A stretch of 64,000 nucleotides of DNA from Eledone cirrhosa (Eukaryota), in contig OZ024740.1 of assembly GCA_964016885.1 (NCBI GenBank), forward strand, positions 174,468,001-174,532,000, in the 5' to 3' direction. Both the position numbers and the translations under genes were made by a program. Position 1 is the first letter of the stretch. Every line of letters begins with the position of its first letter. The notes under the pieces are model-generated. The model searched no databases. It had not been told where the DNA came from and saw only the letters and a list, made by a program, of their open reading frames with translations. Of this stretch, positions 29,786 through 44,721 are shown in pieces.

Positions 29786-32173
29786 TAACTTGGTAGAGCT
29801 AATGATATGTGGTCCAAGAGAACCAACAGAGACAAAACCACCAAGAAGCTCCGGGACGCTATCCAGCCTTAACTTCTACGGGGCTGACTGGAAGAAGATT
29901 AAGAGTGAAATCCGGAAGCAAACATGGAGTGCAAAGATCGCCACACAAGACACTAACACACAATTTCAACACTTCATGACAACGATACACACCATATGCA
30001 AAAAGTGTGTCCCGGAGAAAGAGGCAAACAGACACAAAAATCTTATTCCCAGAGATAGGAAAATCCTTATGAGACGTAGAACTAAACTCTCAAACCAGTT
30101 GAATAGTCAACAAAACCAAAACAAGAAGGAATCCTATTTGAAACGTGCACTACTTGACACCGAGATTGCACTCAAGCTTTCACATGAGAATGAGAGGGCA
30201 AGGAAAGAGAACAGGGCCATAGAAAACATTAAAACAAACCCTAAGGCCTTCTTTAAATTTGCAAAAGAAACTGCCTCAGTACACTGCAAGATTGGACCAC
30301 TCTTCCACACGGACGGTTCATTAACCGAAAATCCCCAAGAGATATGTGAAATACTGAACGAACAGTACAAAAGTGTCTTCACATGTCCACTGAGGCACAT
30401 GCAAATAACGAAGCCAGAGGAGTTCTTTGATGCCACAACACTACATCAAGAAATGGCAACCATCAACCACATAGACATAACGGAGGAGGATGTGGTGTAC
30501 GCCATTGATGAAATTAGAACAGACTCGGCTGCTGGACCTGATGGATTCCCAGCAGTTCTCCTAAAAATATGTAAGCGGGCCTTAGCAACTCCACTGAAGA
30601 TGCTCTTCAGAAGCTCCTTGGCTAGCGGTGTACTACCCAGGGAGCTGAAAGAAGGCACAATATGCCCTATCCATAAAGGAGGTAATAGAGCCGAGGCCAA
30701 GAACTATAGGCCAGTCTCCCTGACGTCGCATATCAGTAAGGTTATGGAGCGAGTCGTCAGAAAGAAACTAATCACTTTCCTCGAAGAAAATGACCGCCTG
30801 ACTAGCACGCAACATGGCTTCCGCCCAGGAAGAAGCTGCCTTACACAGCTGCTACATCACTACGACTGGGTACTGAGACAACTACTAGACAGCTCACATG
30901 TAGACGTGATATATCTTGACTTTGCGAAGGCCTTTGACAAGGTCGACCACGGAATGATATGTCACAAACTACACGGACTCGGCATAACTGGAAAAGTAGG
31001 TGAGTGGCTGCATGGCTTCTTAAGGGACAGAAGCCAGGCAGTCGCAGCAAATGGGGCCCTCTCGAGGGAAACACCGATAACAAGTGGGGTGCCTCAGGGG
31101 ACAGTCCTGGGACCACTACTGTTTTTGATGGCTCTCTCGGACATGCCCTCTGTGGTGCATGCAACAACATCCCTCACTAGCTATGCTGATGGACACTAAG
31201 GTAGCACAGGCAATCAAAAACCCGGCTGACGCTGCCCTCTTACAGCAGGATCTGGATGCCAACAAGGAAGAAAACAACATGCAGTTTAATGCTGGCAAAT
31301 TCCAAGCCCTACAATACAAACCTGCAAACAGAAACACAAATATAGCGGAACACAGCTACACAGGACCAGGAGGGACCGATATCCCCGTGTCAAAATCGAT
31401 ACGAGACCTGGGCATAGACATGAGCGATGATGCATCTTTTTCTTCACACATCATGAAGGTGGCGACACCATGTAGACGATTCGCTGGCTGGATCTTGAGG
31501 ACTTTCCTTACAAGAGATCGAGGACACCATGTTGACACTGTGGAGGACTTTTGTCCTAAGCCGCCTGGACTACTGCTCCCAGCTGTGGTCACCCCATAGT
31601 GTCAAACTAACCACAGAGCTTGAGGCAATCCAGCGAAGCTACACCAAGAGGATTGCCAAGATGAGGGAGACAAGCTACTGGGAGAGGCTGAAGGAACTGA
31701 ACCTCTACTCCTTGGAGCGAAGACGGGAGAGATACGCAGTGATCTACATGTGGAAAATCCTGGAGGGACTAGCACCAAACTTTGGCATTGGGAGCTGGAC
31801 CAACCATCGAACAGGACGTCACTGTGTGGTGCCAAAGGTCCCGTCTTCCACATCTAGAATAAGGAGCAGGTATTGCAATAGCCTGGGATTCAAGGGCCCT
31901 CAACCCTTCAACAGGCTGCCGAGGCATCTGCGAGACTTGCATGACGTGGAGGTGGATGTCTTTAAGAAACATCTCGACACCTTGTTATCCAGGATCCCGG
32001 ATGAGCCCACAGCAAGACACGAGGGAAACCTAAGGGCAGCAGCAACAAACTCCCTCCTACACCAGTGGCCAACCTATACAGGCTGGAGATAAAATGTGTA
32101 GCAACAAGGGCGGTGCCCCAGCATGGCCTCAGCCGGATGGCTGAAACAGGTAAAAGAGTAAAAGAGTAAAAGA
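29786..32173 (+). mobile_element. 5'-truncated CR1-type LINE (RT domain, two frameshifts)
   Basis: [53 protein letters not shown] and YWERLKELNLYSLERRRER; 8-bp tandem 3' tail (GTAAAAGA)3. Confidence 0.92.
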
Positions 32174-32174
32174 G

Positions 32175-33460
<1,286 letters not shown>

Positions 33461-33462
33461 AT

Positions 33463-34148
33463 AAATCTTTATATGATTGATATAGTCTGTGTGTGGAGAA
33501 ATATTATAATGCTTATAATATTTCTCCACACACAGACTATATCAATCATATAAAGATTTTGCCACCAGATCTACCAACCTAACACTCTTATTTACCTACC
33601 TAAGTGCCTCTACCACACATATCTCTCTGCCACACTATATAAACAAGACGCACATGCGTGCCACACATATAACATTTGCACTATATAACCACTTATCTTC
33701 ATGTTGTACTTTAACCTATATCTTTGATTTTTGATTGTACCTATTAATATAAATGTAATCTCGAAGTGTGTACTGCCACTCTAAATTCTGTAATGAATGT
33801 TGACCCACAATGTTTGAATATGTATCAATGTTTGAATATGTATTGGTATGTCTCTCGGCTGAAAAGGAGGTCATATAACTGTCCATGCATTAATAAATTG
33901 CTCCGAAGAATCCAAACCTCGGTTTGGAGGAAACAGCTGTAAGCACAATAATGTTTTGAACAGTTCTTTGATTCTTATATTTCATATAACTGCTCTGTAA
34001 ATCATCTGATGTTTTTACATTGAGCTACTTAACTTACTGGTAATAAGGTAGTAATACATTACTGCCTACCACTATTTAGGGTGTGTGTAAAATACTTACA
34101 ACTGCTTAAGGTTTTGTATTTATATAACCATAAATAGTATAACTAATA
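33463..34148 (+). mobile_element. PLE-type terminal repeat with perfect fold-back 5' end (33463-33559)
   Basis: 47-bp perfect arms with a TGC loop; contains a hammerhead; 3' part shared with 3170-3275 and 22250-22355. Confidence 0.75.
33899..33945 (+). ncRNA. Minimal type I hammerhead motif, U4C core variant
   Basis: TGCT-CCGAAGA-a-TCCAAAC-ctcg-GTTTGGA-g-GAAA-CAGCT-GTA-AGCA; palindromic ACAGCTGT stem III. Confidence 0.75.
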
Positions 34149-34211
34149 CTATATATATATACATGCATATATATATATATATGCATATATATATATATAT
34201 ATATATATACA

Positions 34212-34340
<129 letters not shown>

Positions 34341-35468
34341 GCATATATATACATGCATATATATATATATACATACATATATATATATATACATGCATAT
34401 ATATATATATATTAAGGTCCATTTTATAATTTTAAAAATATTGTTATTCAAGATGTCCCGATAGAAGTAGAGAGAGAAAACTTCATAAGTAAACTCCTTA
34501 AAAGGAATCTACCAGGACGTTAAATTTTCCTTTAGTAGAAAGGTAATATAAAATCATGCCAAAAAAAGTAAGAGCGAAATTAATCTCTGATAATTAATAG
34601 AAAACTTGAACCCGGTATGCGAGGATATAGAATAAGCAAACTGTACAACAGGGAAGGTCATATGGAAATTAAAGTTAAATATTAACAATATCACTTTTAA
34701 AAATCCAATGACAAATTGCACTACCCAGTTGGCTGTGTCGCGAAATTGTCGAATAAAATTATTAAATAATTAGCATTTTAAGCGGTACACAGATGAACAA
34801 GATCGATTCCGAACGTCCGTTTCCAGTTGTCCTCTGTTGGGCGTATATTGGTAGTATTTGCCTGCATTGGCACACACACACACACATACATAGTCACACA
34901 CATATATATATACGTATAGAGAGAGGGGAAACGGCCGAAGTTGTCTGTTCTATTCGACTTGCTTCGTCTCCTAAGTATACACATATATGTATATATTATA
35001 GATAAATATGTGTAAGTGTCTATATACATATATACACGATTCTCTTTTCTACCTCCCACTCTTACATCTACACATCATACATATATTTTCTATCAATACT
35101 TTATCTCCCTTTCTCTCTCTCTGCATGTATATGTGTCTGTCTCCCCTCCTAACATACGCATATATACACATATATCTAAAGTAGCGCAGATTTTTCAATA
35201 TATTTACTATTGCTTTCTGTATTCTTTTTTTTAACCGTCATCATCATACTGTGTACCACACTCATCATCATGAAAATTGCCACCACCAACAGTAACATCA
35301 CACCATATATCCTGTTTGATTTTCTTTCACGCAAATGTATATAAATAATTACATAAAAATAAGTAAGTCTCAATCTATTGAAAGCAGGAGAATAAATAAA
35401 CAAATTTAAATATGTTCAGCGACGTCCCATGTCCCAAGGTCACCTCAGCTAGGCTGGAAGCAGTTTAT

Positions 35469-35521
<53 letters not shown>

Positions 35522-35707
35522 CTCTCTCCAATTTCTCTCTCCTCGCTATCTTTCTCACTCCATATATGTGTATATTTATATATATATGAATGTATATGTA
35601 TATATAAATATATATACCTATACATATATACAGATATATGTGTGTGTGTGTGCGGGTGTATATGTGTGTGCGTTTCTGTGTGTATATGTTTACACACACG
35701 ACACACA

Positions 35708-35802
<95 letters not shown>

Positions 35803-35979
35803 TACATTCTCCTTCACTCAGAAAAAAAATCCATTATTTGTCATTTTGATAACTTTTATCCTTCTTCTTCTTCTTCTTCTTCTTCTTCTTCTTCTTCTTC
35901 TTCTTCTTCTTCTTCTTCTTCTTTCTGTCTTACGACGTCGATATATATATATATACACATACACATATATATATGTATT

Positions 35980-36050
<71 letters not shown>

Positions 36051-36509
36051 AACCGTGTGTGTGTCAGAGTGTGTGTGTATATATATGTATATATATGTAA
36101 GATTGTAATACATGAGTGAATAGATAATTTTATATATTACTGAGAATTATAATATCTTATAATACGGATGCAGCGAGGAGGCTGAATAAGAATGAAAAAT
36201 ATAAAGTTTAGAGTGATTTATTAGCTAAAACTAAGAGACACTACAGAATGCAGTTGGTTGGAAATAAGATATGTAACGTCCCCTGTGTCCGAAGAACAAG
36301 TTTCTACAATCAATGAATGTTTTATCAGTAGGAGTTTTAAAATGTATATATACTGTGTCATTAGCTATTTTAATACGATTTGTGCTGTATATAAACTAGT
36401 GATGTATCGATTAATCGGCAGATAACCGGTATCAGCCATATCAGCTATTATGCCAATTAATTTTCTGTCGATTAGTTGGTTTTGATTATCGGCCATTATT
36501 TAAAACATT

Positions 36510-36950
36510 AGGCGGTGGATTGGCAGTATGGCTGGAGCGTCAGACACCATGCTTTGCAGCAAAGAGTTATGGCTCTTTAAGTTCTGAGTTCAAATCCCTC
36601 CTTAATCGACCTTACGGGGTCGATAAAATAAAGCATCAGTAATGTACTGGGATAATTGCTGGCCTTGTGCCAAAAGTAGAAACAATTATTTGAAACATTA
36701 TAATTGATAAGCGCGTATGATAGATTAAGAAAACCATGTGTGATATAGAAATTCGGGAAACATTGAAGTACATAAGAAACCTATGGCTGAATCGGTACAT
36801 CATGCTTTGCGGCGTAGAGTTACGTCCCTTTGCGTTCTGAGTTCAAATCTCGCCGAGGTTAGCTTTGCCCTTCATATTTACGCGGTCGATAGAATAAAGT
36901 ACCAGTAATACACTGGAGTCGATTTAATCGACTTTCCCCTCCCCCAAAAT
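36510..36950 (+). mobile_element. Two SINE family A copies (36510-36686, 36785-36950)
   Basis: Head, B-box and central domain motifs. Confidence 0.85.
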
Positions 36951-38166
36951 GGCTTTTATTAGCTCCATAATAGAGATTACTTACGGAAGATTGTAATACA
37001 TTACTTCAATTAACTATAAAACACATTTTCATATCAGAATGCACAATTACATTATAGATAATCGATGACTCCCTAATATAAACAGCCTCGCATAGATTAT
37101 AAACCTTTCGACAACTTCCGCTGATAAAACTGGGTTTGTCAGTAGGTAATTGATTTCTATGCAGCCATATTCTTTTTTGTAGTATCTCTCAGTTTTAGCT
37201 AATGTTTTTCAATTTTACTGAGCATTCTCACTAATTTGTACTGCATAATAGTAAGTTTCACAGTTCCACTATGAGCTGTTTATTAACTTATGTATTATAA
37301 ACGCTCTATTTCGCTCAACCATTTTAGACTATCCTAAATCGAGTACTCTTATGATAGCGTTTTTATTTGTAAACCTGTGTCTTTTAAAAAAAAACGGTCG
37401 GGATTTAGTTGCTATTTCTAGCAGGCCGATTGACTGCGCGCATGTGTATCTGGTGCTTTTGTATCATCCAGATTGTGATGCTAAACCAATGGAAAGTTTA
37501 AGGCTTCCACCTAAGAAATTAGAAGTCGAAAAGAAGAATCAGATACGGTGAATTATCATCCGACATCAAATAATTCCGCTAATCCTGCGCTCTGGCTTGG
37601 TACATTTTTTAATTGATTCTGCAGAGATGAAAGGAAAAGTTAACTTCAGTGGTTTTTTTAAACTCAAATCCCAAAGAACTGGAACAAACACTGCAAGGGG
37701 TTTTGCAAAATTGCTCTGATGCTTTTGCCAATTTCATCTATTAATGAAAGAATTTCATTAGTAGGTGAAATTGTTATGTTTGAACAGCTCTCTTTAATTT
37801 GTATATTGTAATAAACATTTTATTCTTAAATTTTCAGCTCATCATTATTCTGAAAAATTATATTTGCAACAGAAGTGAAATTGAAATTGGTTGAAAGCAT
37901 TACAAATTACAATTGTACTATTATTATATAGTTTGTAGATGTGACGTTTGATACTTATATAAGCAAAATGTGTGCAGATATACACAATCACATGCACAAT
38001 TGTACACACACATATACATATAGAGAGAGGGAGGGGGGAAGGAAAGGAAAGTTTTTTTAATTAAATATTTAAATATATATATATATATATATATATAGAA
38101 CGATGATGATAATAATGCTGATGATATCTATGTCTTTTTATTATTATTTACCGATCTACACTCCCC

Positions 38167-38253
<87 letters not shown>

Positions 38254-38280
38254 ATATATATATATATAGAGAGAGAGAGA

Positions 38281-38450
38281 GAATAAGGAAAAGCGAAGTA
38301 GTTTCAGATGTTCAAGTCCTTTAATAATATTATTAAAGGACTTGAACATCTGAATCTACTTCGCTTTTCCTTATTCGATATTTACTCCGTCACTCCTATG
38401 TGGAAAAAGTACATTGAGTGCTTGAATTGAATTGCATCAATCTTTACCCT
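38281..38450. repeat. Fold-back element: 96-bp palindrome at 38281-38376; arm sequence recurs at 22040-22088
   Basis: Reverse-complement arms centred near 38328; microsatellite flanks. Confidence 0.8.
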
Positions 38451-38496
<46 letters not shown>

Positions 38497-38602
38497 AATA
38501 AGCAACGGAGTAAAGGACTCGCGTTAATCTCTGTAATTTAATGAGCTCAAGGAATGAAAACACATTCTTTTCCTGTATTCTTCCCTCTCTCTATATATAT
38601 AG

Positions 38603-38677
<75 letters not shown>

Positions 38678-39211
38678 CACAACACGAATTACTGTTGATA
38701 ATCGATGGCTTTCGCAATTTATTACACCTCAATATGCTCTCACATTTGCCATACAAACTGGTCAGCATGAACAAGGATAAATTCTATTGATGTATAGATT
38801 TATTTAAAAGAATTTGATGCGCAAATACCGAGTGCTATTCCAATCAGACAAAACAATCTATTAAGTTATATCATATATTAATTCTCACGCGTGTTTCTGC
38901 AGGAAAATTCGCTCGACAGATTGCATAAGATTATACAATGTATGACTTGAAATATAACTTGCTTTATCAGGGCATATTAACAAACTGAGAATTGTTACAA
39001 AACATCAACTTATGAGTCATCCACAAGGAAAAATAACAAATATAAGTGGAAACAAAAATAAAAGTAAATATATACAAAATAAAAGAAAAAAGGAACAATG
39101 ATCAACATCAAATTAATTAATAATAAAGTAATTATGATTAATCTAAATAACTCAAATATAGGAAATAGTCTTAACATAGTTGATATCACTATTTAGCTTA
39201 AATTATATAAA

Positions 39212-40215
39212 ATGAGAGAATTAGAAAAAGGAATATTATGTGCTATAATCCTACGGTATCCTAGAAAATATTTCCCTCCGTCACACAGGTGCCATAGAAT
39301 ATTCAATGAATATACAGTTAAGCTATCTTGTTCTACAACACCAAATTTAGCCAACAATATTGTCTTCATTAGCCTCAGAAAAATATATACAGTTGCTGTT
39401 AACAATGAAACAAATATCACGAAGTCGAAAAATTACACCACTAACGCAAACAATATAGCCACGAAAATTAACTTAGATTCTAACACAATAGCAGAAACTG
39501 TACATACAGCACCCACTAAATTATTAGCTGCAAAAAGTGATGTAAATACACGCGAGTTGGTAAGATCTGGCGTGCATTGACAGGTTATCTCTTGTGTGGG
39601 AATCTAGATTTCCAAACAACATGAAAAGCAGCCTCTTTCAAGTAACTGTTACCTCTATTCTATTGTATGGATGATCAGCATGACACCTTGCCTCAAAACT
39701 GGAAAAAAGATTAGACGGAGCCTTCACTCGCATGCTAAGAGTGACTTTGAATGTCACAGACCAATGAGCGACCGTATGGGAAACTTCATCAATTATCAGA
39801 GATAATCAAAGAGCGTAATCAGATTCGCAGGGAAATGCTGGAGGGTTAAAGACGAAATTGTTAGTTAGTGAAGGGCTAGCAAAGAATGACAAGCCAAGAC
39901 CTCTAACCTGCCGAATATGATGAACAACAGAATTGGATGGCGACAGAGAATCAAGGTAATATGTGCAAACAGTGAGACCTATTGATTGATTGAAAGCCTA
40001 TCTGTCTAAAAGTCAAGGGAACGACGGTTTAATTGTAAATAGAAAGCGTAGGACCATGTGTAACTGTAGAAATATCGTTAAATGCTCATTAGAAGGGCAA
40101 TGTCCTAGGGAAAACGTAATATGGAAATACAAGTTATCTACTAGTAATGCAACACAATATCATATGGGTGCTGCCTCTGTTACACATAAAAACGTTTCTG
40201 TGTCTGTAAACACAC
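39212..40215 (+). mobile_element. Degraded Penelope-like coding remnants
   Basis: KYFPPSHRCHRIFNEYTVKLSCSTTPNL and CNCRNIVKCSLEGQC...YHMGA, homologous to the PLE at 23-26 kb. Confidence 0.75.
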
Positions 40216-40532
40216 ATTTAGTGCAAGTCGGAGATCACCTTCTGTCAAGTTAAGTAACACCATGTCGTCTGTAAATTCCAGTCGATTGATTTTACACCCG
40301 CCTGTCATGATACCACTTCCAACTCGGCTTCGCATGTACATAATGCACATGAGAGTTGACAGTACGCAGGCTTGGCGGAGTCATGATACCACTTCCAACC
40401 CGGCTATACCTACATACATGCATACATACATACATGCATACATACATACATACATACATACATACATACATACATACATACATACATACATACATACATA
40501 CATACATACATACATGCATACATATATGCATA

Positions 40533-41070
40533 CATGATGGCTGCCCCCTCGTTATCGAGTATGGCCGTTGCATGGTATACCATTATTAATAATTATTAAT
40601 TAAATCTATCGTGCAATGCCTGTGCGTGAAGATATTTTTTAAAGTGAGGAAAGACTGTGCACTGAGCCAAACCCACTCTCTGAGCGACAGTAGCTATAAC
40701 ACGAAAAGATGAAAAGATCAACATCATCGATAACTACTGAGCCACGGGTTTTATATCGGAGTTATCCCAGTTTTCTGAGTTGCCTTCTCCTAGAAGAATG
40801 CCCTGACAAAGGTTAGGGGTGCTTCACTCCTAGTGGTTTAACCGCGCGGTACATGTGTATATACATATTTACACACTTTTGGATGGCCGTTGACTCTTAT
40901 GAGTTCGTCCACCCTTTGTCAGGTTTTGTTTTTTGTCCTGCAGGGTGTCCAAAATCAACCTCCTCACCAAGTAAACTTGATGGGATTGACGGTATAGTCG
41001 CCGACGACCCGACCATGGGACAGGTTGTACTGGGTTACATGTTACCAGTAGCACTCAAGAGTGACCCGAC
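40533..41070 (-). mobile_element. Non-autonomous RTE-type element (leader, body and (GTAT)n tail)
   Basis: Leader 40878-41070; CTAGGAGAAGGCAACTC motif; 3' stem-loop CTCG-ATAA-CGAG. Confidence 0.8.
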
Positions 41071-41086
41071 ATACATATATACATAC

Positions 41087-41420
41087 ATGATGGCTGCCCC
41101 CTCGTTATCGAGTATGGCCATTGCACGATTTAACATTATTAATAATTATCAATTAATGCTATCGTGCAATGCCTGTTCGTGGAGATTTTTTTAAAGTGCG
41201 GAAAGACTGTGCACTGAGCCAATCTCGCTCTCTGGGTGACAGTAGCTATAACCCGAAAAGAAGAAAAGATCAACATCATCGGTAACTACTGAGCCGCAGG
41301 TTTTATGTCGGAGTTATCAGTTTCCTGAGTTGCCTTCTCCTAGAAGAATGCCCTGACAAAGGCTAGATGTCCTTCACTTCCAGTGGTTTAATCGCGCTAT
41401 CGGGTATCCAGTCCGACTAT
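41087..41420 (-). mobile_element. 5'-truncated copy of the same RTE-type element
   Basis: Body nearly identical to 40533-40850 and 55304-55600. Confidence 0.8.
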
Positions 41421-41495
41421 ACATACATACATACATACATACATACATACATACATACATACATACATACATACATACATACATACATACATACA

Positions 41496-44400
41496 CACGT
41501 GTTATTGACGAAATAGGTGATGAATAATTACGAAGGATAAAAACCCCAACATTTTGGCAAATCAACGCAATGACAGTGAAGCATTATCTTGGTGATAGCA
41601 GAGATATTAACAAGAACAAAACACCACCAACAATACCATTATATATAACTAAAATAGAAAAAAAGATTGCTGACCTACGAAAAACCATAGGATATGTGAC
41701 AATGCTCCTTACATGCAAACAAACACAAAATAAAATTCAATAAAATAGAGACGATGTTTTGTAACAGTAGAACCAGAACTCTCCAATATAACCTGATCAC
41801 CCTCAAACAAGAATTAAGAGCTGTCAGCGAAAAACGCCTATACCTGAAGAAGGTAGATGAAAAAAGGTGCTTAATAAAAGATTCAGACGAAACCAAACAT
41901 CAGTCTCTAGAGATATGAAGGGCAAAATAATAAGTGTCACTGAAACCCAATCCCAGAAAGACAGATTCCTTTTGGAGAAAAATATGGGGTGAAAAGAAGA
42001 ATTTCAACGAAGATGTGTGGCTAAAAGAAATCCAAAAGAACTATTGCTCCTACACTACAACAAAAACATACGAAATAATTGAGGGTACCCTTGAGACTGT
42101 GATAGAAAAACTCCAAGATAAGAAAACACCAGGAAGAGACATGATTGTCGACTACTGGTACAAAACACTGATATTCTATCGTAGGTTTCTTACCTACCTC
42201 TACCAACAGGTTCTTAAGGGAGATTCACTTATACCAGAATAGTTAACATTAGCAAAAACATTACTGGTCCCCAAGAACAAAGACACCCACTTGGCAAAAA
42301 GCTACCGACCCATTGCATGCCAGAACCTGATGTACATGATGTATACAGCCTGCATGAACCTATTCCTCCAAGATCACTGTGAAAATAATAACATCATCAC
42401 AAATGAACAATCAGCTGGAAAGAAAAGGGTTTGGGGATGTGCTGAACAACTCCTAATCAACACAACTGCGATGTCGGAGGTGCGACAACTTAGGAGGAAT
42501 ATGACTACAGTCTGGCTGGACTATAGGAAAGCTTTCGATTATGTTCCCCACTCTTGGATGATAGAGGCCCTCGGACTTGCTAAAGTCCCAGACATTATTA
42601 TCAGAGCCATAGAGAAGCTGTCTTCTTCTTGCGCTACTATCCTAAAGTTAAAGACAGAGAAGGAGGACTCTATTTTCATTGATAAAATAAAATATCGCAG
42701 GGGTATATTTCAGGGAGACAGTCTCTCTGTGATATTATTCATCCTGTCATTAAACCCCTTGTCCTTTCTGCTCAAGAAATGTGAAGGATACATCATTGGC
42801 TCATAGGAGGACAGAAATACGAACCTAACCCATAATTTCTTTGTGGATGATCTGAAACTCTATGCCAAGAACATGGATGGGGTGAAGAAAAATATTGACC
42901 TGGTTACAACATATCTCAAAGGATATAGGAATGGAGTTTGGCCAAGATAAATGCTCATATATGACTGTAAAGCGGGGAAAAACAACAACCCAATCTAGCA
43001 ACATTGTCATCAATGGCCTAACTGTTTCACCGATATCTGATGAGGACTGCTACAGATACCTGGGGATAGATGAGAACATATCCTATAATGGTATCTGTAA
43101 TAAGGAACGCGTAACCAGGGAATACTACACCCGATTAAAAAAGACATGGTCATCGGAACTCTCTGTGCAAAACAAAACAGTGGCTCACAATGTGTTTGCT
43201 GTGCCTGTCCTAACACTAACGTTTGGAATACTCAATTGGACGATAGACGAAATCCGAGCAGTTGATGTTGGAACTCGAAAAATACTAAACAACACCGGGA
43301 ACTTCCACATCAACAGTGACATAGACCGCCTTTACTTGAAACGTAAGCAGGGAGGCAGAGGCCTAACATCAGTCCAGACAGCATTTGAATGTCGCATTAT
43401 ATCCCTCCGACAACATCTACGAACCTCGAAGCGTAGGAGCCCGTCTCTCGAGCAAGTCTATCTGCATGAAACAGATAGGATCATGAGAGTTGGGAAGGAA
43501 CTCCTCGAAAGATATTCCCTGTGTGATAATCAAAAACTCATACCCAGCAGTTTCGCAGTGAATCCATGGATGAAAAACTGCATGCTTATCAGCAAAAACT
43601 CATGCATGGATATGTTGCCAGGAAGCTCCAGAGTGAGAGTAATATAAATAAAGAAAGTAGTCAATCTTGGACCAACAACCGCTATATTGGCTCCCACTTT
43701 GAAGGATACGCTTTTGCAATCCAGGAACAGGAGAGTAGCACGAAATACCCGATTCACAAAAGAGATAGGGATGCAGGCAAAACACCTAGATGTGATAACA
43801 AGTGCAGACCCTGCAGAACTAACATCGAGGATATCACCCATGTCATCAGCAGCTCTCCAAAGATGTCATCGTGGTACTATCTACCAATGAGGCATGATGT
43901 AGTGGCCAAAACACTGTACAATGCAATCCGTGGAAAAGATAGCCCCGATAATAAACAAATTAAAAGCTACAGCAATGTGGAAGACATACATATACATAAT
44001 ATGAAAGAGTACTGGTGGAATGTTCCAGTAAAAACCCCAATAAAGTGCAGGCATAACAGACTAGATATTAGGATATGGGACAGGGAAAAGAAGACATGCA
44101 CAGTAGTGGAAGTTAGCTGCCCAGCAGATACCAATATAATTTCAAAGATTAACGAAAAGGAGAATATTTATGCAGAACTGATGAGAAATCTGCAGATACT
44201 CCACTCTGATTACGCCTTCCGATTTATGCCTGTGATTATTGGGGCACTGGGATATGTTAGTAACTGCCTCAATACAAATCTTGAGAAGCTGGGCTTCACA
44301 GGAACAGAAAGAACACAACTAGTTAGGAAACTACAAGTACAATCCATTAATGGAACAGTAAACATATGTAAAACATTCCAAAAATGTTGCATCTAATAAC

Positions 44401-44645
44401 TGCATATACACATGTACAGATACAAAGCATATACACATGCACACATACAACTCAAAACATCCACATCCACACATACAATAACATCCATACCTACACATGC
44501 ATGCATGCAGGCATGCATAAACATCTCCCTAGTTGATGTTGTGTAAATTCTAATGAGAGAGTCTTGTAACTATGTTAGAAATCGACTCTCTCTCGCTCTC
44601 TCTCTCTATTGGAAAACATTTGTGAAATTATAAAACCAGAAGAAC
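41496..44645 (+). mobile_element. R4/Dong-like RLE retrotransposon, 5'-truncated and disrupted, inserted in (TACA)n
   Basis: YRPIACQN, WLDYRKAFD, GIFQGDSLS, FVDDLKLYA, YRYLG, RLYLKRKQGGRGL, knuckle CRPC...HVIS, RHD and HNRLDI..WD..VEVSCP; (TACA)n on both sides. Confidence 0.93.
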
Positions 44646-44690
44646 ATACATACATACATACATACATACATACATACATACATACATACA

Positions 44691-44721
<31 letters not shown>

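Noticed and set aside
34778-34975. CpG-containing patches as an exon or promoter
   Set aside because: No coherent splice pair or recognisable peptide; cannot be supported from sequence alone
35415-35465. CCAAGGTCA (FTZ-F1/SF-1-like) and GACGTC motifs as an enhancer
   Set aside because: Short motifs expected by chance in 64 kb; no supporting evidence
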